DNA of 28,778 bases from Myxococcales bacterium (GTDB taxonomy: Bacteria; Myxococcota_A; UBA9042). Of the stretch, positions 9,774-16,918 are shown one piece after another. The position numbers and the translations under genes are program-made. The stretch is taken from the NCBI GenBank assembly GCA_037441385.1, contig JBBISH010000086.1, positions 1-28,778 of the forward strand, read 5' to 3'. Within the stretch, counting starts at the first letter, position 1. Each line of letters begins with the position of its first letter. The notes beneath the pieces are model-generated. The model was not told the DNA's origin. It searched no databases and saw only the letters and a program-made list of their open reading frames with translations.

Positions 9774-11111
9774 GTGAACCTTGCCGCCCCCCTTTCGGTT
9801 CTGGGTTTGCGCGCGCCGTCCCAGTCGACGCGAGCGAGACGCGGATTTTTTCTCGCTTCTCTCGTTGCCGTTCTGCAACTTGGGGCATGCAAGGAGCAAG
9901 CCGCGACGCCGGTCGTCGCCGCGCCACCTGCCGAGGCCCCGGCGGCGATCGCGGGGGCTACTGCGCCTGCCGCCGACGCCAGCGCCGCCCCCGACGACGA
10001 AGAAGCCCTGCCGCGTGGCCCAGCCGTGGAGGTGCGGGTCGCCGACGATCCGGCCGCGCCCCTGGCGTATTTCCGCGGATTCCAAGGCGAACGTGGCGGC
10101 CAATCGGCACTTCTATACACGCGCACGCGCACAGGCCGCACCCCCACGACGATCGAAGATAGTTCCGTGGCCCTGCGCGGCGCCGACAAGGCCAATGGCG
10201 CACGCCGCGGCCCAGCTCAGCCGGCGCTGGGGACGCCCGTCCTGGTTTCGATCGGCGCCCAATGGTGCAAACCCTGCGGCGAAGAGCTGGGCGACGTGCT
10301 GGCACTGGCAGGCGAGATCGAGGCCAGCGCCGATCGCCCGCGGCTCTACATGGTGCTCGAGGGCACGCCGGACGAGTGGCCTCTTGCCGAGGTCCGCGAC
10401 GAGCTCTTGACCAAGCACGCCAAGTTCGCCAAGCGCAGCAAGCCGCTCGTGCCGGCCAACTGGGCAGAATTCCGCGCTGATTTGCAGAGCGCCTGGGGCG
10501 ACGCCATCGGCCGCTTGGGGGTGCTGGGCGGAACGGGCCCGGCCTCGTTGCCGGTCAATCTGCTGCTGGATGGTTGCGGGCATGTGCAAGCTGCCGCCAC
10601 TGGGTCCCTCAATTCGGCCAAGCGAGAGGCGTTTCGCAAACAACTGGCGAGGTTGCAGGGCTTTGCCTGTGCGCCGGCCCCGATGGCCGCGCCCCCCATC
10701 GCTCGTCCTGCCGTTGCGCGACCGCACACCAGCGAACCGGCCAAGGCGGCCGACCCAGGCAAGGGCAGTCTACCGCAGGGCAACGGCGACGGCCCCGCCA
10801 CCGGTCAAGAGGTTCCGGGCAAGGCGACCCACCCGGTGGATGCGCCAGCCAATCAGGGGCTACCCGAGCTCCCGCAAGGCAGCAAAAGGCCTGACCCGGC
10901 TGCTGAGCCCAAGGCGGACTCAAAGGCTGAGCCCAAGCCGGAACCCAAGGCGGAGCCCAAAGCGGAGCCCAAGCCGGAACCCAAGGCGGAGCCCAAGCCG
11001 GAACCGAAGGCGGAACCGAAAGCTGAGCCCAAGGCCAAGCCCGAGGCGAAGCCAGAGGCCAAAGGCGAGCCCAAGGGCAATGACAAACCCCGCGGCGACA
11101 ATCCGCAGTAG
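9774..11111 (+). CDS. TlpA/ResA-like thioredoxin-fold lipoprotein with a Pro/Ala linker and an (A/P)EPK-repeat tail
   Basis: RRGFFL plus hydrophobic stretch plus lipobox LGA-C; PVLVSIGAQWCKPCGEE active-site motif; SLPVNLLLDGCG cis-Pro strand. Start is uncertain (9693, 9774 or 9807). Confidence 0.75.
   Translation: MNLAAPLSVLGLRAPSQSTRARRGFFLASLVAVLQLGACKEQAATPVVAAPPAEAPAAIAGATAPAADASAAPDDEEALPRGPAVEVRVADDPAAPLAYFRGFQGERGGQSALLYTRTRTGRTPTTIEDSSVALRGADKANGARRGPAQPALGTPVLVSIGAQWCKPCGEELGDVLALAGEIEASADRPRLYMVLEGTPDEWPLAEVRDELLTKHAKFAKRSKPLVPANWAEFRADLQSAWGDAIGRLGVLGGTGPASLPVNLLLDGCGHVQAAATGSLNSAKREAFRKQLARLQGFACAPAPMAAPPIARPAVARPHTSEPAKAADPGKGSLPQGNGDGPATGQEVPGKATHPVDAPANQGLPELPQGSKRPDPAAEPKADSKAEPKPEPKAEPKAEPKPEPKAEPKPEPKAEPKAEPKAKPEAKPEAKGEPKGNDKPRGDNPQ
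10902..11075 (+). repeat. 12-nt coding tandem repeat encoding AEPK/PEPK/AKPE
   Basis: About 14 consecutive tetrapeptide units (gctgagcccaag, ccggaacccaag, gcggagcccaag and variants) with synonymous variation. Confidence 0.9.
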
Positions 11112-11129
11112 CGGCCAAGTGAGCAGATC

Positions 11130-11468
11130 GTGACTGGTTTTGGATACCTATGCCCCGAATGTCTGGAGGTGCCCGCCGCGCAGTGCGCCTACCGCGGCTG
11201 CCCCCAACGGGGCATGGCCACCGCGACGGTTGCCAGCTTGACGGCAGGATCCGCAGATGCGACCCGCGCCGTGTCGCCAGGAAGCCCTTTGCCCAATCCG
11301 GGCTTGCCGGAACCCGGCCGGGCCGGCGACGCCTTGGCGACTCGCTTCGTCGACCCAGGCGTGGGCCCCCCGCCCGCCGCCAACCCGCCTGCCCCTGCGC
11401 CGGCATCCGTTCAAGCCGACGACGCGCTGGCCACGCGCTATGTTGGGCCGGACAAGAAGGGAGGCTGA
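11130..11468 (+). CDS. Small Zn-ribbon protein (Cx2Cx7Cx4C) with a disordered tail carrying three T-R-x-V motifs
   Basis: GYLCPECLEVPAAQCAYRGC at the N-terminus; DATRAV, DALATRFV and DALATRYV. Fills the gap between neighbours; its stop is 1 nt before the next ATG. Confidence 0.7.
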   Translation: MTGFGYLCPECLEVPAAQCAYRGCPQRGMATATVASLTAGSADATRAVSPGSPLPNPGLPEPGRAGDALATRFVDPGVGPPPAANPPAPAPASVQADDALATRYVGPDKKGG

Positions 11469-11469
11469 C

Positions 11470-12198
11470 ATGGCGAGTTTTGTGGGCAGCGGCGCCGCCA
11501 TCGGCCGCTCGGCCGCGATTGCCGCGTTGGGGCTGGGCGTTTTGGCCGTGCCAGGTCTGCCGGTCTTGGCCGCCGTCGCCGTTGCGGTGGTGGCCGGCCT
11601 GACGGCTGCGTGGTGGCTGGCCCTCGCTGGGCGCGCCCGCCTGGACAGTGTGGAGCTCCGCTTTGTGCCACCCGAATTGCCCACGATCGCGAGCCCTGCG
11701 CCCGCGGCGGCAGCCGCCGACGGGGGAGCGCCCACGGGCACCGAACGAATTGCCGCGGCTCCGGTCCCGCTGCCTACGGCCGCCCAGACCCATTTCCAGG
11801 CCACGCCGTCGGACGTGGTGACACTGGGGGCCAGCGCTGACCCGGCTTTTCCAAGCTGGCGCCTGCACTGGCAATTGCCCGACGGGCGCGAGGGCCTAGT
11901 GGTGCTGCCGGCGGGCGAGCGCACCGTCTTGGGGCGCCAGTCCGACTGCCAGATCATCGTCCAGCTGGACGAAGTCAGCCGCAATCACCTGATCTTCCAG
12001 GTCGCGCGTCAGAGCGTCCGCGTCACCGAGACGGGGTCTTCCAACGGCACCTGGCGGCGCTCGGCGGGCGACAGCAGCCACACCTTGTGGACCCGCTTGT
12101 CGGCCGGCGCTCCCCAGCCGCTCGCGGCCGGCGACCAGTTGCGCATTGCCGATCCTTGGGCCATCGTACTCACCCTGGAGAGTGTGGTTCGCGGCTGA
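11470..12198 (+). CDS. Membrane-anchored FHA-domain protein
   Basis: AGGGAGG RBS before ATG 11470; long N-terminal hydrophobic segment. FHA signature VLGR...CQI...VSRNH...GSSNGTW...GDQLRI with the pThr-binding G-R, S-x-x-H and N-G-T residues intact. Confidence 0.9.
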   Translation: MASFVGSGAAIGRSAAIAALGLGVLAVPGLPVLAAVAVAVVAGLTAAWWLALAGRARLDSVELRFVPPELPTIASPAPAAAAADGGAPTGTERIAAAPVPLPTAAQTHFQATPSDVVTLGASADPAFPSWRLHWQLPDGREGLVVLPAGERTVLGRQSDCQIIVQLDEVSRNHLIFQVARQSVRVTETGSSNGTWRRSAGDSSHTLWTRLSAGAPQPLAAGDQLRIADPWAIVLTLESVVRG

Positions 12199-12216
12199 CG
12201 AACTGAGGAACTTGTC

Positions 12217-13542
12217 GTGTTGTTTCGAATGCTTGCAATGCTGCGCTGGCTCGCCGTTCTGGGCTTGCTCCTGCTCGCGGGCGCCACCACGGCTGTGGCC
12301 GTGCCCCCTCCGCCTCCCAGTGGGCATCGCGCCTTTGACGCCATCGACGCTTCCGTCATGTTCACGCGGTGTTTGCCCGCCGGTCAGCCCTGGAATCGCC
12401 GGCTGACGGTCACCGACAAGGGCACGGGCCACCGGCTGAGCGAGGCCGAGATTCAGGCCGAAAAGCTGCGGGTTACGTTGGTGGTCAACGGCGTCGACAC
12501 GGATGTCAAGCAAGTGGGCGACGGCTTCGACTTCGACTGGGTCCCGGCGGCCAACGCCAAGAATTACACCGTGTCCGTCAAGCTGAGCACGGCGACGACC
12601 ACGGTGGCCGGCATTCCTCGCGACGTGTTTGCGGCCCCCGATACCCATGTGCAACTCCCCACCGAGCTTGCGATTTCGCCGGTCGAAGGGGGCTGCAAGT
12701 CCGATGCGCACTGTGTGCCGTTGGACCTGGGCAAGTCGGTGGGGTTGTGGCCAGGGCTGCAGCTCAACATTACCCGAAAAAAGCCAGCTAGTTCAGGCGG
12801 TTGGGCTGCAGCGCCCATGCACTTGCAGGTCGGCGGCAAGCTGATCCCCTTCGAGCGCGACAAGCCCGTCGAGCTGTCGTACCAACCCACCCAAACAGTG
12901 CAGGTCTGCTATGCGGCGCCGCGCTGCACCCAGCCGCCGGCCGACACCTCTGAAGTCATCGAGATCAAACCCGTTCACTTCTGCCTCGCCGACGCCGACG
13001 AGGCCTGCAAAAAGGAGCCCAGGGGTATTGGCTGCGATCGGCCGCGCTCCGCCAGCGTGGTCGTCAAGGCCGACGTCAAGCCGAACAGTTGGCTGGACTG
13101 CAACCTGTGGTGGATCCTCATCGTCGCGGGGGTACTCCTGTTCTTGTTCATCGTCGCCGGCCTCGTCACCCCCAACCAGTTCGCCTCGGCGGCGATGGTG
13201 CGGGTCGCCAACAACGATCGTCAGCTGCGGCGCGAACAGGGGCGGCCGCTGCGCCGCGAGCCCGGGGGCAAGCGCGGCTTCTACCGCACCGCCACCGTGT
13301 GCTTTACCGACATCGGCACCACGGTCAAGAAGTCGCAGGGCCACATCCTGATGCTCAAGGCCGGGCCCGACAAAGAAATTCAAATTCACCGCAAGGGCGC
13401 AACCCTAGAGCGGTTCGAGCGCAACGCTTGGCGGCAGGTCGATCCTGTCGCCACCGGCAAAGACGTGCTGACCGAGCGCACCCTGGTCAGCGGCGGGCTG
13501 TACCGCGTGAACAACACGTACTATTTCATCGTCGATTTCTAG
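12217..13542 (+). CDS. Single-pass membrane protein: signal peptide, Cys-rich beta-rich ectodomain, TM helix, basic cytoplasmic domain
   Basis: GAGGA before the GTG; signal LRWLAVLGLLLLAGATTAVA; 9 Cys before the TM LWWILIVAGVLLFLFIVAGLV; about 120-aa Arg/Lys-rich C-terminal domain ending YYFIVDF. Confidence 0.8.
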   Translation: MLFRMLAMLRWLAVLGLLLLAGATTAVAVPPPPPSGHRAFDAIDASVMFTRCLPAGQPWNRRLTVTDKGTGHRLSEAEIQAEKLRVTLVVNGVDTDVKQVGDGFDFDWVPAANAKNYTVSVKLSTATTTVAGIPRDVFAAPDTHVQLPTELAISPVEGGCKSDAHCVPLDLGKSVGLWPGLQLNITRKKPASSGGWAAAPMHLQVGGKLIPFERDKPVELSYQPTQTVQVCYAAPRCTQPPADTSEVIEIKPVHFCLADADEACKKEPRGIGCDRPRSASVVVKADVKPNSWLDCNLWWILIVAGVLLFLFIVAGLVTPNQFASAAMVRVANNDRQLRREQGRPLRREPGGKRGFYRTATVCFTDIGTTVKKSQGHILMLKAGPDKEIQIHRKGATLERFERNAWRQVDPVATGKDVLTERTLVSGGLYRVNNTYYFIVDF

Positions 13543-13579
13543 AACTATCTGAAGGGGATGCGTCCCCCGCGAGGACAAC

Positions 13580-16500
13580 ATGGCCAACGAGTCCACTGCA
13601 CCGCAAAAGCCCGTCGCCCTGGGCTTCGACGACCTCAAGGGCGTGCCGCCTACGTTCTTCATCGGCATGGGCGGCTCGGGCGGCCGCGTCGTCGACGTGC
13701 TGGCGCAGCGCCTGAAAAGCGAGCCGACCTGGCCTAAGTTCCAAAAGCTCATCCACTTCTTGTGCGTGGACACCGACGCCAATGACCTAGCGCGCCTGGC
13801 CAAGCGGGTCGAGACCAGCAACATCTCGATCTCGGACAAGAAGCGCCGCATCGAGCTGCTGCGCGGCCGCATGGACCACGACGCCAACGAGCGCATCACC
13901 TCGTGGGTGCACCCCTGGTACGGCTTCCGCGACGTGGCGGGCAAGGGCGCTGGCCAGATCCGCTTGGAGTCGCGATTTTCGCTGCACTGTCAGATTGCCG
14001 ACGCACTGCCGGGCAACCTGCGCGACATCGTGGTCCGCAAGCTGCGCGAGTCGATGGACGCGCTGAACCCCAACCAGCAGCGCGGCGCCAACGTGCGCTT
14101 CTTCATCTACGGCTCGCTGGCCGGCGGCACCGGCTCGGGCGCTTCGCTGACCGCGGCGTACCTGGTGCGCAAACTGGCCGAAGACGCGGGCGTGCCGGCC
14201 GAAGTGTTCGGCATGTTCTTCTTGCCCAGCGTCTTTCGCGATCGAGTCGAGTCGGCGCTCGTCAGCAAGATCAACTCCAATGGTTACGCGGCCCTCAAAG
14301 AGATCGAGTGGTGCATGGAGATGCGCTACGACGGCGCGGGGCCGGGCGAGCTGGAGTACGTCTTTGACCCGCGTCGCACGGCTTCGACCAAGGTTGACCG
14401 GAAGCAGGACCGCGTGACCCGCGCGCCCTTTGACTGGGTCTATGTGGTCGACAAGCCCGAGAAGCTGGCGATCGAGCAGATCTACCAGGCGGCCGGCGAG
14501 TCGGCGTACCTGCAGCTGTTTTCGCCGATCATGGCCTTCCAGGATCGCGAGGGCGACAACTTTGCCCAGCTGCAGAGCGAGCCCAGCGACGGCTTCTTTG
14601 CCGTGCAGTACGGCTCGATGGGCTCGTCGGTGCTGGAATTCCCGCGCGAACGGCTGGTGCGCTACTTCGCCCGCCGCAAGACCGTGGAATTGGTCGAGCG
14701 GCTGGTGGTGGGCAAGCCGCCGACCGGCTCGGGCGTCGCCGACGACCTGGTGCTCAGCGGCCGCGAGTTCCTGGACCTGGCCGAGAGCGAGCAAAACCGC
14801 CGCATCGACGAGGCCTTCAAGCGCTTTGTCGAGTATGAAGCGCGGCAAGAGAGCGAGGCGGAAAAGCGCGGCATGTTCACGGACATCGCCGAGCTGCGGG
14901 TGGGCCAGACCAACCTGCTGGACGAGTTCCGCGCCCGCCTGAACGCCGAGATCGAGGGCCTGAAGTCCGAGGTGGTGATCGCCACCATCAACGCGCCCGC
15001 GATCACGCCGGAAAATCCGACGTTGAACCACGCGCGCGTCAACCTGGGCCGCGACTACAAGGCCGGCAAGCAGACCGTGGACAAGAAGGCGCAGATGCTG
15101 GCGCGCGACATCGCGTCGGGCCAGTACCTGAGCAAGTTCTTCCGGGATTTCAAGGCGTCGCCGCTGCAGCAGCGCTACTTCCTGGTGCGTTTGAACGAGC
15201 TGGCCCGCAACCAGGACCTGCGCACGGGCGTAGAGGAAGAGGACGCGTCGCTGCTCGAGTGGTGCTTCCTGCCTTCGTCCGATATCGACTCGGTGGCCTA
15301 CCTGGCGCGCAAGCCGCCGGAGCCGATCGAGTACGACGTGGACCTGCCCGAGGTGCGCAAGCGCATCAGCGCCGCCGAGGAGCGGCTGTCGACGGCGGCC
15401 AAGAAGCTGATCGGCAAAGAGAAGGCCTTTGACGAGGCCCGTATCTCGGCCGTGCGTGAGTTCCAGCGCTTGGAGCAGGCGGCGGGCGACGCGCTGGTCA
15501 TCGACTTCTGGCATCAGATCAACCGCGCCCTGCGGCAGCACTCCGAGAAGCGCGCGGATCTGTTCCGGGTCATCGCCAAGAAGGGCCTGAGCCAGGTCGA
15601 CCACCTGCGCGCCCAGGCCGAGAACTGCCGCAACCGCGGCGCGGCGGTGCCGGACATCGGCAAGACCGACGAGGATCTGGCGGAATTCCACCTGGGCAAC
15701 GAAGTGTTCCACGACGCCCGCAACAAGCTGCGCCAGTGGCACCTGGCCTACAAGGTGCTGGTCGAAGAGGACTTTGTGGTCGACACCGGCGAGGTGCTGG
15801 CCAAGGTCAACGAAGTGCTGGATCAGGCTGCGGCAGGCACAGGCAACACCGCGGGCGCGCAGAACAATTCCGACGACGTGTTGGCCGGCATCATCGACCG
15901 CATCGACAAGCAGATGCGCGAGAAAATGCAGCGCTTTGTCGACGTGGACAAGGGCATGAACCTGTTCAACGCCCTAGAGATGGAGATCCGCATGAGCCAG
16001 CTGGGCAATGCGGCGTGGATGACGGCCAAAGACTTGGAGAAGGTGGAGCTGAACGCCATCGAGCCGTACCTGAAGGACAAGCTGGGCTTTGTCGCCTCGA
16101 TGTCGGTGCCGCTGGCCCGGTTCGACGAAGCGGTCTTGGCCGGCGCCGGCAAGAAGCCCTATCGTCCGCGCTTCTACGGCGTGGATCACAAGCTGCTGGA
16201 CAAGTCGCCGGCGGTGGCGCGGGCGCTGCGCGATGCGGCCAGCGGCTTCTCGATGCTGGAAGACTGGAATTCGCACGACATTTTGGCGTTCTACCAGGCG
16301 ACCTTGGGCGTGCCGCTGTACGCGTGGCGCGACGTGCAGGACGATCTGGCCATCGCCTACGAGTTCGAGTCCAATGAGTCGGGCCGCGGCCACCCGATGC
16401 ATGTGGATTCCCGTTGGGAAAATCGCGGCTTCCACGACAATCCCACCTTGGGTATCCCCGGGCTGTCGCTGGGCGCGCGCCGCAAGTGGCAGGCCGAGAA

Positions 16501-16885
16501 GAAGGCCTACGAAGAGGAACTGGCCCGTAAGAAGCGCGCCGAAGAAGAGGCGATGCTGCGGCAAGCCTCGGCTTCGGCTGGGCAATTGGCGCGGGCGCTG
16601 GCGGCGGGCTTTGTCACCGAGCTCTACGGCGCCTGGAAGCTGTCGTACCGCGGCCGCGACTTTGAGCTGGGCACCGGCCTGGCCGAGAGTCTGCAGAAAT
16701 TCGCCGCGTTGCCCGATGCAGTGCGCGGTCCGGTCGATCGCGCGGCGGCCGAGACGCTGCAGAGCGAGCCCGGAAAGGTCGCGGATGTGCGCAACAAGCT
16801 GGACGACTGGCTGTTCGACGCCGGCTCCGAGGGCCGCACCGCGGACGAAAAAGCGATCGGTCTGCTGCAGGCGCAACTCAAGTAG
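13580..16885 (+). CDS. Tubulin/FtsZ-like GTPase of the FtsZl1 (Pfam Tubulin_2) family with a long helical C-terminal extension
   Basis: GAGGA RBS. FIGMGGSGG (T1), CVDTD (T2), GKGAGQIRLESR (T3), GSLAGGTGSG (tubulin signature, 14111-14140), FFLP, NGYAALKEIE, PFDWVYVVD; C-terminal FYQATLGVPL...AY...PMHVDSRW. Confidence 0.93.
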   Translation: MANESTAPQKPVALGFDDLKGVPPTFFIGMGGSGGRVVDVLAQRLKSEPTWPKFQKLIHFLCVDTDANDLARLAKRVETSNISISDKKRRIELLRGRMDHDANERITSWVHPWYGFRDVAGKGAGQIRLESRFSLHCQIADALPGNLRDIVVRKLRESMDALNPNQQRGANVRFFIYGSLAGGTGSGASLTAAYLVRKLAEDAGVPAEVFGMFFLPSVFRDRVESALVSKINSNGYAALKEIEWCMEMRYDGAGPGELEYVFDPRRTASTKVDRKQDRVTRAPFDWVYVVDKPEKLAIEQIYQAAGESAYLQLFSPIMAFQDREGDNFAQLQSEPSDGFFAVQYGSMGSSVLEFPRERLVRYFARRKTVELVERLVVGKPPTGSGVADDLVLSGREFLDLAESEQNRRIDEAFKRFVEYEARQESEAEKRGMFTDIAELRVGQTNLLDEFRARLNAEIEGLKSEVVIATINAPAITPENPTLNHARVNLGRDYKAGKQTVDKKAQMLARDIASGQYLSKFFRDFKASPLQQRYFLVRLNELARNQDLRTGVEEEDASLLEWCFLPSSDIDSVAYLARKPPEPIEYDVDLPEVRKRISAAEERLSTAAKKLIGKEKAFDEARISAVREFQRLEQAAGDALVIDFWHQINRALRQHSEKRADLFRVIAKKGLSQVDHLRAQAENCRNRGAAVPDIGKTDEDLAEFHLGNEVFHDARNKLRQWHLAYKVLVEEDFVVDTGEVLAKVNEVLDQAAAGTGNTAGAQNNSDDVLAGIIDRIDKQMREKMQRFVDVDKGMNLFNALEMEIRMSQLGNAAWMTAKDLEKVELNAIEPYLKDKLGFVASMSVPLARFDEAVLAGAGKKPYRPRFYGVDHKLLDKSPAVARALRDAASGFSMLEDWNSHDILAFYQATLGVPLYAWRDVQDDLAIAYEFESNESGRGHPMHVDSRWENRGFHDNPTLGIPGLSLGARRKWQAEKKAYEEELARKKRAEEEAMLRQASASAGQLARALAAGFVTELYGAWKLSYRGRDFELGTGLAESLQKFAALPDAVRGPVDRAAAETLQSEPGKVADVRNKLDDWLFDAGSEGRTADEKAIGLLQAQLK

Positions 16886-16918
16886 TTCCACTCGTTTCGC
16901 TGTGTCCAGGGAGTCCCC

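Noticed and set aside
12196..12219. Sec/read-through fusion of the FHA gene (TGA) with the in-frame downstream gene
   Set aside because: The FHA domain is complete before the TGA, there is no redox motif or evident SECIS, and the next gene has its own GAGGA RBS and signal peptide. Same-frame neighbours occur one time in three by chance.
12331..12363. AIDASVM as a vWA MIDAS motif
   Set aside because: It lacks the DxSxS spacing, and the following sequence is beta-rich rather than alternating alpha/beta.
13554..13567. gggga-tgcg-tcccc hairpin before the tubulin RBS as a terminator
   Set aside because: Only a 5-bp stem with no U-tract; it cannot be supported as a terminator or regulatory element.
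13580..16885. Canonical ftsZ or a plasmid/phage TubZ
   Set aside because: It is 1101 aa, carries FtsZl1-type motifs (GAGQxR, NGYAALKE), and has no dcw, tubR or phage context.
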